A stretch of 63,235 nt of DNA, filler included, from Sphacelaria rigidula (Eukaryota), in the NCBI GenBank assembly GCA_964200075.2. It is 6 parts of 6 records of this genome, joined end to end, with 100 filler letters (N's around TTAATTAATTAA, not from the genome) between each part and the next. Parts side by side here need not be neighbours in the genome. Positions count along the whole stretch, not along the records: positions 42,227 to 52,681 come from CAXNAA020006459.1; positions 52,782 to 63,235 come from CAXNAA020006460.1; 4 more parts are not named here. One strand, 5' to 3'. The position numbers and the translations under genes were made by a program. Shown here in pieces: positions 48,670 to 61,261 of this stretch (position 1 is the stretch's first letter; each line of letters begins with the position of its first letter). The notes under the pieces were generated by a model. That model worked only from the letters and a program-made list of their open reading frames with translations. It searched no databases and was not told where the DNA came from.

Positions 48670-49902
48670 GTATATTGCCCTATTTCATTGCTGCGACCGG
48701 ATTCTTGGCTTAGTATTTTGCTCGAGTTTTCCACTTTGAGACCCCATCGCTTTCGGATTTTTGGGGATAACGTCGTCAAATAGACACCGAACGCAGTTGC
48801 CACACCTGCTATCATCGTTGAGTTTGTGCTCATCCATTTACAAAGAGGGATGATCTTCATCCAGTATCATGCTCCAACACGTACCTGACGAGGGGCGAAC
48901 CCGCCCGTATAGACGCACGGGGGTGAATAAAGGCCTTACCGACCGAAAATCTGTTTCCCATCATTAACAACATAAATGCGGAGGGATAATGGCGTACTGA
49001 AGACGTCGTGGACTGTTCGGACCTGTGCCGAACCTGCACAGGTGGACAAATAGCACCCTGTAGGCCGAGTTGCACTGGATTTTCAACAGTCTTCCGTGAA
49101 AACCCCTGCGCAGCATTTGCACACCCTAGATCATGTCATAGCATTCTGCCTAGCGTTTGTGTCGAAACCATGCAAGCAACCCTGTGGAGAGGCGTTCCCG
49201 ACTTCGAAAATCCCAAACTATTTTGCTAAAAAATCTGTTCGTGTGAATGTATTTCGGACGGCAGGAGAAGTTATTCACAACAGATCCTTTTGTCGCCCAT
49301 TTTCTTCGGGCAAAAAAAGGATTTATTTCGAACAGCTTTTCTGCTGCACAGTCCCATGCACGATGGCAGATTTGGAATTTGAACAGCAGAAGCTCAAATT
49401 TCTTCACTGTGTCCTCCAATTTTATTCGGAATTTGGGGGAAAAGAGTTTTGATGCGAGCAGCGTCAGCTGTGCATATTCCGCATACTGCTCCGTTACCAG
49501 GGTATGGGATCCGACACGCAACAAGAGTTATTGAAAGCTATTCATCATTTAGCCCCCGAGTCCATGTACACATGAGCTGGAGGATGACAAATTCTCAACA
49601 GCTTTCGCTGAGTAGAGATCCCACACTTTGGTAACGTGTGTATGTCCACACCTGTGCTTCAAGCAGAAACCAGGCGTGATGAGATCCTCGTTGCACGGTA
49701 CATACCTCGCATATGAGTCCACATTGCTTATGAAAAGCACAAAATATCTATGATGTTCTAACGACCCAGGTGGCTCCACGTGCAAACTGTCGCACTCCTA
49801 GGCCGAACGTCGTGAGTTCGAGTCCCACCTCTGCCAATTCTCGACTGCGTTTTCACACCCTGTGCCGCAGAAGGCGTTCAGTGCGGTAGCAATGAAATTC
49901 GC

Positions 49903-50330
49903 CACACTAGACGAGAATGTTACCGACCATAATGGCTATCAACGAAAACATTTCTCCCTCCATTGCCGCTGACCATGTGTATTGACACCAAAATACTCCC
50001 TCCACTGCTGTTGACCATGTATTTTGATGCGAAAAAGTAAAAGCCATTGCTACGGACCATTTATATTGATAAAATCTTGCGGAATCTCTTGCTGAGGACC
50101 ATGTATATTGATGAGAAATTGCCGTCATCCCTTTGCATCGACGATATACATCGATGAAATAAACCAGAGATTATCGCTACCGACAAGTGCCTATCGGTAA
50201 AATATTTCACCAGCTGTTGCCACTGAAAATTCACATCAATGAGAACATCGCCAATACATCCGTCACTCGCAATGGATACTGATAGGGGCAATCAAAATCC
50301 ATTGTGATTGACAATGTATATCGACTCTCC
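49903..50330 (+). mobile_element. End of a CACAC-terminated TIR-like element with ~10 degenerate 42-43-bp subterminal repeats
   Basis: cacactagacgagaatg then ccattgc...gaccatgtatattgat units at 42-43-bp period; the other end was not found. Confidence 0.6.
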
Positions 50331-50341
50331 TACCTTGTTGT

Positions 50342-50790
50342 GCACATATGTTGTACCCAGCCAACAGTGCATGCAGGCGCTTGGTACCTTATCCTTCAGA
50401 ACCACCCAACGTGAAACGCCGTGAACATGGAATGATATATATATCTGCCGGCCCAAGAACCAGATATGTCAATCCCCAATCAGTAGGGGTATCTTAAAAT
50501 CGAGATTCCTGGTACATTCCACAGTAATATTAATGTCACAAAAAAAAGTGCCGGGAACACTGGGTTTGAGATACCTCTAGCGTCAGCTTGACAACAAAAA
50601 AATATGTCCGAGGTGCAGACATATATCTGCACAAAAATACCGGAGATAATGGACATAAATGTACATATGTTGTACCCAGCCAACAGCGCATGCGGACGCT
50701 TGGCACCATATACTTCAGCATCACCCAATATGGAACGCCGTGAGTATGGAATGATATATTGTTTTGCCGGCGCAATAAATAGATATTAAG
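50342..50790. repeat. ~125-bp imperfect direct repeat (50342-50467 and 50661-50787)
   Basis: acatatgttgtacccagccaacag..gcttgg..aacgccgtga..tggaatgatatat..tgccggc occurs twice. Confidence 0.8.
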
Positions 50791-51188
50791 AGCAAATTTT
50801 GCGAATTGAGGTTTAACTCCGAGATGAGGTTCATGTGGGCAACCCGACTTGCGACCTGTTTGTAGTAGAAGTACCGAGGACAAGCTCTTATTCGGAAGAA
50901 GTAACCTGTGGAGATGAACCCGTACCGCGTCATATTCAGTACGTCGAAGGATCGAGAGAAGTAAGTCGAGTGAGCACTCTTGTTACTCTACACCACAGGG
51001 AAAAAGGTGACAGCGCACGGATCCCGTGTCTTGCGCCAAGCCCCCCCCCTCGGGCTGCGCCAGCGCGAGGAACAACACCTCGATCATGCCCGAAAGGGTG
51101 GGGGGGGGTGCTCGTCAGGCACGACTAAGACGGGCACCGTTCGTGTCGTTGGTTTCGATCAGCTGCGGATTTATGTTTCCCCCCTCAA

Positions 51189-52240
51189 TCAAAAAGTCGG
51201 TTTCAACGCAACATTATTAGCCCATTGCCCACAAGATTCCGTCACGGGAACGACTCGGATACTCCCCTTTGAACCCTTCCCTCTTGCGAAAAGAATGATG
51301 CATTGTCCTTCATCGAATTCGAGAACGCCAGCAGGTGTTCCACGCACGGTGCTACCAGCAGTTGCGATCGAAAAGCGTTGACGCCGTCTACTCTCATCAA
51401 CGTGTATCCCCGGAAAAAAACCACGCACAATGCGACAGGACGATGAACCACCCCCCACACCAATTGCCCTACCCCAACCCAACCCCACCAAAATAGACCC
51501 TCGTTTTCAGAACCGAAGCCGCATACATTATATCCGTAAATCTCTGCGCCGTCATCGGTAGCGTCTTCATTTTCATCTGCATCGTCTTCCTCATCATCGT
51601 CGCAGGGACTAGAGGCTGGGGTGAATCCAAGCCACCTTTTCTTAAATCCAGGGCCCCCTACAATAAGATCCCCGGCACCAACTACTAAAGGCTTCTTTGC
51701 CGCCAATCTACTGCTCCGCACGCGAGGTGTTGGTACACAAGCAATGAGAACGTGCTTATCTGCACCTTTGCTGCCTACAGCGGCGGCAACGTAAGCGTCT
51801 TTACTACCTACATGGGGAATCTGCGACGTTATGTCGATGGCCTCATCATCGACCGTTGCTTCCCACGTGAGGTAGAAAAATGGGCATGTCTCCGCCACTT
51901 CTTGGTATAACGCCGCCTTTGTTTTACACGTCTCCTTGCTAGGCTCCAACATTTTCTTTAGTTGTTTGATGGTAGCTACCAAAATAAGGTGGATATACTA
52001 CTCCTCTACAACATGGTCGATAGAATGAAGGGCGTCCTCCAGAGTGTCGTATATTTTATACTTCCCCCAGACGGGAATGCCCGGATAGTCGATCTCTTGG
52101 CCTTGTTTCGCGATGACGTGCAGTCTGTTGACCTGATCTAGACCCAAAAACTGTGATAAAATTGGATTGCACGCGCGGCGGAGGTGAATGTGCGAGACGC
52201 GGTTCCTAGTCACGTCGCGAAGAAGGGAAGCAATAATGTG
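51189..52240 (-). pseudogene. Disrupted ORF of unknown family
   Basis: ORFs 51998-52213 and 51242-51982 are in one frame separated by a single TAG; protein-like composition with an acidic tract; continues in another frame to 51189. Confidence 0.4.
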
Positions 52241-52681
52241 TAATAGACTTCAAGCATTCACTGTAGACATGTGAAAACGATGATGATAGGAGATCCCGCG
52301 ACAAACACCCCTCAGATTCTCAGCGATACACACTCTGCATGATCCCAAACGAAGGATTCGGAGCGCGATAGGCATTGTGTTTGGTATGCCACGCTCGTTT
52401 CCTTCGAAATCTCCGCGTCGCGACTAGAAGAGTAGGAGGTGACAAGTCGACCCCCGAGTGATGGCCTTCTCACTTGCCTGTCCCATAATTTACGGTATCG
52501 AAGGGCAATACGTTGTCTGGGTATAATGGTCGCTGTGACGGCTTTACAGATGGGTTCGTTACGAAGTTAGATGGCAGGCTTAGCCGACGTAAAGGTAGAA
52601 TAACGCAAAACAGCCGATTCTCGAAAATGGGGTTGAAAAACAAAATGATGTTCAACTCAAAAGCCGTGCTTTCCCTGACCT

Positions 52682-52781
52682 NNNNNNNNNNNNNNNNNNN
52701 NNNNNNNNNNNNNNNNNNNNNNNNNTTAATTAATTAANNNNNNNNNNNNNNNNNNNNNNNNNNNNNNNNNNNNNNNNNNNN
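52682..52781. other. Artificial contig linker
   Basis: Same 100-bp linker. Confidence 0.98.
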
Positions 52782-52854
52782 TACAATACTGCAAGTGTTC
52801 ATGTAGTGGCGAACAATGGCCAAAATGCAGCACCGTACGATGTCGTTCCGGAGG

Positions 52855-53170
52855 GTGGATGTATTCATGACCTTGCATGCCGTAGTCATTAGACCATTGG
52901 CCTCGCATCCTTACGAAGCCGGGACGGAGCACGCCGGCTTTCCGCTGGACCGGGCTCGCAGTCACTGACCAAGCGCGAAGCTCTGTGATGTGCTCGGCGA
53001 GTCGCATGAAGAGTGGCCCGCATCCTGCGAAGATTGTACAGTACGGCCCGAAGCGTGCTGAGTGTCTTGCTTATGGACGACAGCCTCCGATGTAGCTTCA
53101 GTTTCTGGTATTGCCACTTCCAGAGACAGCCACGGCTTACACTGCCTAACCTCATAGGTGTTTCACCACA
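52855..53170 (-). mobile_element. Family 1 retroposon, 5'-truncated
   Basis: Aligns with 7245-7560; flanks gagggtggatg / gggggtgggatg are TSD-like. Confidence 0.8.
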
Positions 53171-53264
53171 GGGGGTGGGATGATATATACTGTAACGGTT
53201 ATTTGCTACTGTGACCTAGGGTGATGCGTCTGGCGTATTTTTTCCCCATCCTCGTTTTTTTCAG

Positions 53265-55047
53265 GTATGCCTCCTTGGGCGCCCACGAGGAAAAGGATCA
53301 GAGTAGAAAGGACGACCTGCAGAGCCTGCTGTACGTTTTTCTCGACCTCTACCTCGGGAAGCTTCCTTGGGCTGAACACGTGAGTGTATAGTAGGAATTT
53401 CATCAGTTGGACCGCCCTGCTTGACGCACCGGTACTGCAACTATTTCGAAATTTGCATGCAGCTACTGGAGTGTTTTGACTGTACTTTTTTTTTGCGATG
53501 CTGACGTGAAGTCTCTCTGTCCGTCGCTCTGTCTGTCTCGTACTCGTTTGTGATTGGCGCTTGTTTTCGTCATTGGTGTTTTTTGTTTTCATATCTTCGT
53601 CTTCCTGAGCCTAGGCACGGAAAAAAGAAAAGAAAGCTATCACGGAGATGAAGAAGTTCTACTCCGAGAGGAAGGGCCGCTTCACGGACAACGAAAGCGT
53701 GCACATGCACACTACGCTGGTGAAGTTTTATTTTTATTTTTGTGATACTATCCGAGGATTACGTGCACATGCACACCACGTTTGTGACGGTTTGTGGTGG
53801 TTTGTGATGGTTTGTGGTTTTCTTGAGCGCCCCCCTCCCCCCACCTCCCCCCACCCCACCCCACCCCACCCCACCCCACCCACAGGACAGGGGTAGGTAC
53901 TCTTATCAAGTCGTGAGCCGAATCAGGGTCATGATTCAGTCGCAGTCCTCAGAGGGAGGGGTTGGCGGAGTCACAGTACCTTTTGTGTAGGAAAGCAACG
54001 AGAATGTCGAAATTCATCTCTCCCTTTCTCCTTCTCTCCTCTCCCTTGGAGACCCTCTACGGCATTTTGTGAGTTCCCAGCTGCTTCGCTTTTTGTCACA
54101 TGCATTTAAGACACCTGTGAAACTTTTCCCCCGTGCATATTACGTTGTGCGTCAACCCCTATCATGTATACATGGTGCACTGATGATGCCTAGTCCCCTG
54201 CCGGACGCAGTATTGTACCCGGAGATGTCACCCACTTTTGTGCTGCTCTATGTTGCTGTACCCTTTTTTTTCCGTCGACGGTTTGTCTCGCCCGTACTCC
54301 ACGTTTTTTTTTTTTTCCACTCCGCGTCTCGGTTTTTTATGCTCGTTTTATGCTCGTTCCCCCCCCTCGCGCCGCCTACTTTCTCCTTGCCTGCGTTCGT
54401 TTTTCCATGGAAAATAAAATACAGGCTTTTAATCTTCTGGCACAGTGCAAGTTCTTGGAGGCACCCAACTATAAGGCGCTCGAGAATACGTTCAGGGAGA
54501 TACATCGGGTACGCCATTGTCATACTTCATTCGCGTGAGAAGGTCGCTTTTCGTGAAATGACGTATAAGTATGGTCATGCTCCACTAGCGTGAGAAAATC
54601 GCCTGGGTGCAGTGTTGCGCCAGGGGTTGGTGTCACGTTGCCCACCACCACTCCCAAAATGAAGACACGATGGAGTCGAAGAAGTGGTACACAGCTGTAG
54701 CATGCATCCGAAGCTACGTTCTAATCGAACTCTGGCTCAATTCCACCAAGTACAGTCCGCAAACCAGCGATGGATACCCCTGATAAAAGTTGTTACTAAT
54801 TTTACAAGCGAAAAAGCCATATTCCAACATGCCCCTCGGACACGCAATTGAAGATTATTGATACTGTACCAAAGTCTGCAAGCTGAAACTCTACTGGATG
54901 GTACAACCAACTACTAGCTGTCATTCAAGCCCAAGAGTGCTTCAATTGGGGGTCAGAATAGTTCGGTATTTGCAGCGGACTATCTTCGCTTTACTCACAT
55001 TTTTTTATCTGCGACAGGGATCCGCGCAGCCAGAAACGGAAGGACTG
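53265..55047 (+). CDS. Casein kinase 1 / tau-tubulin-kinase-like protein kinase, C-lobe exons (5'-partial)
   Basis: Exons 53265-53379 (YASLGAHEEKDQSRKDDLQSLLYVFLDLYLGKLPW, the CK1-group YAS..H...SR.DDL.SL...G.LPW signature), 53615-53719, 54425-54508 (KFLEAPNYKAL) and a probable microexon 55018-55047; all GT-AG and phase-consistent. Confidence 0.88.
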
Positions 55048-56069
55048 GTAGGCATACGTTTCATCTACACAGAGCAACTTGATTTGTCTCTGCAGCTGCC
55101 GTGTGTATCGAGATACTGCCATCTCGGTGAGGAGTGTTGGAGCATGTGAACTGCGGCGTGAAAAAACATCCAGTCATGAGTGGTATCCAAATTGAGCGGA
55201 AAGTAATTGCACCGCGTTCGGTCGGTTTTGGTTCATGCGACGAAAATGGTTGCACATTTGGCCCTAAATCTTCATCATTCAGAACCTAAAACCAGGATTT
55301 ACACAAAACTATGGGTCGGGATATTCCTGCTTCCTAATGCAATCCGGATATCCCGAGCCCACGGGAATGCTGATCGTGACGTGCTCACATGTTTCATAAA
55401 CCAATCTTTTCGTAATATTGATACTTTGAGATACGACTGACGTTGAGAATAGCTCGACTGATATACGGAATGATTTCGATTCCGAAATGCCCCTCCGGGC
55501 CTTACATGATGCCCAAAATGCTTTCTGCAGCAGGTTGCCATGAAGCCTTTGACACCCCTGAGTAGGATATCGACGTGAAGCTGTAAGCAAACGACAGTGC
55601 GTCAGGGAAACACACACACACACACAATGCAAAAACATAATGGTCAAGTTCGAGTGAAACATGAAAATCTCGATCCCAATCAAAGCTAGATTCTCAATCT
55701 CGCGGAAACATGATCGAAAGTCGTGTTTTGGGTGGGATAGAGGGCACGTAATATTTCGAACCTCAGAATATATCTGTGCACTCCTATACCGTAGCGTAGC
55801 ACCACTCAAAATATCTTGGGGATATCTTCTTCCGCACTCATGCATACAACAACCAACGTTCCCCGCCAGTAGGACCGACGTTACACACATATGCACACGT
55901 GGGACAGGTCATGAGCTACCTTTAAGTAGCTAATCGAAGATAAGTCTCAGATGCATTGTACAGAAACATAAAACACGTGACAGCAGTGTTCGGGAAGCCA
56001 AAGCGTTACCTTCCCACTACACCACGTGCTCGGCGTACATCGTTGTCGGGAGCTAATATGGAAATATTG

Positions 56070-56239
56070 CATACCCTGGACAATATATGGTCAATAGATG
56101 CTATAAACGATAAGTGTACTGCATAAATCGTAGGCCTATTGCAACTATTGCCGGCCGACAATAGTCGCAATAGGCCTATACTTCATGCAGTACGTTTCTC
56201 GTCTATTGCAACTATTGACCATGTATTGTCCAAGCTGTG
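56070..56239. mobile_element. 170-bp fully palindromic hAT-like MITE
   Basis: TIRs cataccctggacaata / tattgtccaagctgtg (13 of 16 match), related to the termini of 25664-28635; exact 8-bp TSD aaatattg. Confidence 0.85.
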
Positions 56240-56247
56240 AAATATTG

Positions 56248-56451
56248 CAAGGGCAGGACGAGTAGAGTATACTCAATTGCGTGGTATTTTGAAAGTCGTA
56301 CTCAAAGTACACAAATCGGGGGTAGGTTTTAGGGGTATCTTTCCAGTTTGTTTTCGGGTACGACTCCTGACACTCTACCCTATTTTGAGTACCTCAAGTA
56401 CGTCTTGCAAAATACCCCCCAATGGAGTATACTCTACTCGACCTGCCCTTG
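56248..56451. mobile_element. 204-bp hAT-like MITE (CAAGGGC termini)
   Basis: 32-bp TIR caagggcaggacgagtagagtatactcaattg with 2 mismatches; TSD aaatattg / aaatagtg. Confidence 0.88.
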
Positions 56452-56845
56452 AAATAGTGGCCAAATGAGCTATTATAGTATAGCTTATGATCTGGATCAG
56501 TACTCTAATAAGAAGTAATGTCTAGGTAGCTCATGAGCTGTCCGGCATGGCACATGTGCATGCCGTTGTCGCTGGGATGGCGCGTGAAGCGTGCTTGCGG
56601 AATTGCCGTGCAACGTATAACGCACAGTCACGTTTCACCAGCTCGTTGTGTCGTCCGCGAGACCGTAAGCTGTCGGTATCAAAAAGGTGATACCACTCAA
56701 GTGGCGCCGGTGTTTGCTTCGAAGATTAGGTGGTGGCATCGACTGTCCGGTGTGGTGCAAGCAGAATGTCGATGAGAAAGTGGCGAGTAGAGAGGGAGGG
56801 AAACACATCACCCGACGTTGTCTCTCCAGCCTTCAGCACGTCAAA

Positions 56846-57291
56846 CATTCGGTCATCAGAATTGAGGGTGGAGCTTTTCATTGAGGATGATAACCCGGGA
56901 AGCTGAAATCATCGTCTCCACACAAATTCTTCAAAATATTATTGCATCCCTTCACCCACCGGTAGCTGTCGATGAATACTGGACGCCGTACAATTCTGGA
57001 TTCCAGTAACCGAAAGTTCGGGATCCTAGATGAAAACAAAATCTGGGTAACGTAGATCATCCGTTCTGATCACCTACATTCCCCGACGTCGATTTTTCAC
57101 CCAGGATCCCAAAGTTTCGGTTCTCCGAATCCAAATTCGTTTTGCGTGTAGTTGTTGCCAATGTGTGCCAGTAGGTGAACAAATGCAATAGTATGTCGAC
57201 GAATCTGTGTGTGTGTGTTTTTTTTTTTTTATAACTTTTCGGGTAGTCATCCTCATTGAAAATCTCCATCCCCAATTTTGATGATCGGCTG
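56846..57291. mobile_element. ~445-bp foldback MITE
   Basis: ~55-bp imperfect TIRs plus an inner inverted pair (ggattccagtaaccgaaagttcgggatcct / aggatcccaaagtttcggttctccgaatcc). Confidence 0.75.
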
Positions 57292-58595
57292 CTATCGGTG
57301 TTACCAACGACGCCTGGCTGTTCGCCCGCTGTGCAGATCAAAATTAGACACCGCCTAATGACTGGAGTCGATGCGCGTGCGGTGGCCGAGTCCCACAGTA
57401 TTCCAGTACGTCAAGTGCAAGACCATGGCGTCCACCTGATTTGTGTTTTCTGAATCGTTCGATTAATATCAATGCTTGTCTTCGAATTCAACCGGCGATT
57501 CGCCGAAGGGCGCCGCCGGACTACTCACCGTGTTCATGTGCACCCAAGGGCGCACCACACCAAGCACAAGGGACCTTTCCTATCAATAAGGCACGGGCTA
57601 TGAGTATTTAGTGGAGGAAGCAACCCTCACGATTGTATATATACCTGTGCAGTCTATCACGGTTAGGACGAATCAGAGTTCATACGAGTCGACTCCTCAT
57701 GAAGTGAGAAAATGAAGCCTGTAAATATATATTGGTCCAGCTGAGTCAAGGGTTGATAACACACATGCAGCGTAGGCATCTTGCGCGCATTACAGCTGAG
57801 AGGAAATTACGCGCGATTCAGGGCCCATCATCGGAACTGAAGATTCAACCAATACAAATTGTTGGTGCCGCATCAACAACCCGAAGGTGGGAAAAATGTA
57901 CGGGCGGTCACCTCGAACCACTCGGTCAAGCAAGTTGTACATGACGTTCTCGACTCATGATGGTAGGAAGTGCGTGGCATGTACAACCGATGCACTCAAA
58001 TTTGCAGTGCAGGGGTTTACTATGTGCCCATTATTTACCCCGGTATTCACGGAAGGTACGAAGCAGGGACCTGCGACATGTACTGCACGACGCACAAGCT
58101 GAAAAGCCGTATGAATTAAAAATGATGTACGAATAGTTTGATTTTTTCGTTGAAACGATGAACATGAGTTGAATCACGAGTTAAGCTGTCCTAACCGTGC
58201 AGTCTATCTACACGATAGCTGTTGTGGAGTACGACTGTTGTTTCGTTTGTTCAGCATTTTAATTTGAGTTTCTTGTGGTTTTGCCTCTGGAGGCGTTTTC
58301 GACCTGCACGCTCGTATTTGCATACCCTACCGGCAAATAGGTGGAGCCAGGGAAGTCTATCTGATGAATGACGATTTCGTTTGAGTTCCCACGTCATTCA
58401 TTCCACAGCAGGCAGGAGTGAGAGGGTGTAAATCGCTCTTCGAGATGAAGAGGATAATTAAAGTGTGTGATGTGAGGTACAACACGAGGACACGCTTTCT
58501 GAACGTGCATGAAGTACTTGAATGAACCAGGGTCGTGAAGATGGTTTGCTCGCTGAACCGCCCCGATTCCCCCCCCCACATCCTTTCTTCCGCAG

Positions 58596-61220
58596 AACCT
58601 AACCCAGGAAGAAAGGGACGAGGAGGAGGCGTTTTTGTGGGACACTCCGCCGCCCCCGCCAGGACCTCCTCCCCCCGAAGACGACAACATGGAGATGGAG
58701 ATGGAGATGGACGTGGAAGACGCCATGCCTTCCCAAGGTCGCAGCTCGCCCCCCTCGGGCGGGCCACCGCATGTCCCGTCCCCCCCTCCCCCGCCTGGTC
58801 CACCACCACCTCCTCCTCCTCAACGGCAACAGCAACAGCAGCCGCAGCAACTGCCACCGCCGGCTCCGGGTATGCCCCCCCGTCCACCCCACCACATGCC
58901 CCCCATGAACACCATGGGCGCAGGAGGGGGAGGGGGCCGAGGGGTACCCAGACCTCCACCTCCTGCCATGCAGGCACCAACCGACGGGTCTCACGGCGGC
59001 CCGCAGCAAGGTCCGGGCGGGCCGGCGGGACCCCAAGGGCAAGGTTTGAGAGGAGGACTACCCGGTTCGAATACGGGGAACGGATCTCTGGGTGTTGCGG
59101 GGGCTGCAGGTAATGGGGGTGGAGGGCACATGGGCCGAACAGGACCCAACACATCGGGACCGCCTCGACCACCCGGACCGCCTCGACCGCCAGGACCGCC
59201 AGGACCGCCAGGACCAGGACCAGGACCAGGTCATGGGTCTACAGGACCTACTGGAGTGCCCGGGTCCATGGGAGCAGGAGGAGGTGCCGGAATGCCAGGC
59301 GCCGCGGGCGGAAATATAGAAGCGGGGGCAGGAAGAGGACGCGGCGGAGGAGGTGGAGCGCCCGGACAGATGAACCAAGGAGGAGGGTTCGCGCCCCCAC
59401 CCCCACCCCCGCCCATGCTGCCCCGGGGAGGGGCGGGACACGGGCCCCACGGTCCCGGTGGCGGACCGAATGGGGCTGGTGGAGGACCTCAAGGACCGCA
59501 TGGGCCCCAAGGACCGCATGTACCCCAAGGACCTCCTGGGCCTCAGGGACCGCCTGGGCCCCAAGGACCGCATGGGCCTCAAGGACCTCATGGACCGCAT
59601 GGACCACAAGGACCAGGCGGGATGCTCGGCCCTCCCAGCGGTGATAATCGGGGCCCCGGCGGGCCTGGCCATGGTGTGCATGGCCCTGGTGTGCATGGCC
59701 CTGGTGGACCGCAGGGCGGGCCTAGAGGACCACCGGCATTTGTACCGTATCCGGGCCCGCCTCCGCGTCCACCTTTGTTGCCCACCCCCGGTTCGAGCAG
59801 CTTCCAAGGCATCCCCACCCCACCCGGCCCACCCCCGCGACCGCCTCCCGGTTTCCCTGGCGGACCACCATTGCCACCCGGGCAACCGCCGGGGGTGGGT
59901 GCCCCGTTTGCGCCGAGTGGGGGCGGTGAGGTGGGTGCTCCGCCGCCGCCCTTGCCGCAGGTCGCCCCTCCTCCCCTCCCGCAAGATGGCGGGGCAGCGG
60001 TGGATCCACCGCCTCTACCCCGTGATGACGGCGGAGGTGTGATGGAGGGGGCGCCTCCCCCGCCTCCCCCGCCCCCCCCACCCACGCCGCCGGTGTTCCC
60101 TCCGGTGCTGGCAGTGGGGAGCCCGACGCCTGCGGGCGGCCCGCCTGGTTCCGGGACCGGTTCGTGGACTGTTCCTGAGGACGGCACTGGGAACGAGGCT
60201 GGGGGAGATGGGGTGACGGGTAAGGATAACGGGGTTGTAGAAGGAGGGGGTACGGGCGACGGCGATTCTCAGGGCGTTGATGCGCCGCCGCCACCGCCGC
60301 CACCACCTCCGCCGCCGCCTCCGCCTCCGGCGGAGCCTGTGGCGCCGGTCGTACCGTTGACACCTTGGGAGATTGAGGTGGCCAAGGCTGCGGGGACATG
60401 GGACGGCGAGGGAGGGGTCCGGGACGAGAAGCAACGGTTCGTGTTTCGTGTAGATATGTTTTTTTTTACGTCTATGTGTGCGCCCTCACTGTAGTTGTTC
60501 TGAGTGGGAAAGTTTCGAGTATTCGTTCTCGTGTCACTGGCTTTGGCGCCAGTGCGCAGCTTTTTGTTGTTGTTTGCATCAGTCTTGATCATTGATCAAG
60601 CGCTCTGCGCCTTCCTCTCCCCACGAGCGTAGCTTGACATGTTGAGTTTTCACGACCGTGGTGTCGCCTGAGGGAGAGAGAGCTATAGGAAGGCCTGGGT
60701 TGGGCCCTCCATATGTTTTTATGAAATGTAAGCTGAGAAACATCCCCCTTTATCTTGATGTGAGCGTGGGCGTATACTGTTGAGGGCTTCGGGTGCATGC
60801 GGAGGCCCAGGCCCAGTTTGAGCTCCGTTGAAATCCTAGGGAAAGGATATTTTCTTTTTAAAAAGGGATCGAAAACCCATGTTACTGCATGATTACCAGG
60901 CGCAAACAAACCCGACCATTAAGAAGACAACTTAAATTATTTGTCGTACTTACTGCACCATATCGTTTGCTCTCTCTTGTTTTGTCCTCCCCTTTTGCTC
61001 CTTTTTTTTTTTCTTGCGCACGCGTAGGTGTCGGCAATGGTGCAAGATCGCCATGACTTCACTGCAAGCAGAGGAGAAAGAGAGCGAGGCGGACAGGCTC
61101 AACGAGGAAAGCGGGAAAGCGGTGGGAAACAAAGCGAGGAGAGTAAAGTTGAGGAAACTCGTCGATGCCGCCGAGCTGAACACGTCGTTTTTCCTCGTGC
61201 CCGGTCTACAAGACAAGCAG
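58596..61220 (+). CDS. Pro/Gly-rich low-complexity exon (58596-60436) plus charged exon (61028-61220); probably the C-terminal part of the upstream kinase gene
   Basis: Strong acceptor tttcttccgcag at 58595 in phase 0; open 613-codon frame with varied third positions; CG|G phase-2 join to 61028; no start codon needed if spliced to the kinase exons. Confidence 0.82.
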
Positions 61221-61261
61221 GTGTGTTTTTTTTATGTGTGTGTCTGTTCGTGTGTGGGAGA

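Noticed and set aside
49762-49836. tRNA-like sequence with B box gagttcgagtcc
   Set aside because: Weak A box and no cloverleaf; at most a degenerate SINE head
49920-50330. CRISPR-like or guide-array-like 42-bp repeats (also 1450-3050 and 28270-28600)
   Set aside because: Units are degenerate along their whole length and lie just inside transposon-like termini; no associated nuclease ORF
58357-60592. Long antisense and alternate-frame ORFs over the Pro/Gly exon (and over GCP6 at 35539-40935)
   Set aside because: Shadows of GC-rich, stop-poor coding sequence
10651-61220. Apparent cilium/centrosome gene cluster (IFT140, GCP6, TTBK-like kinase)
   Set aside because: The genes lie on different contigs joined by artificial linkers
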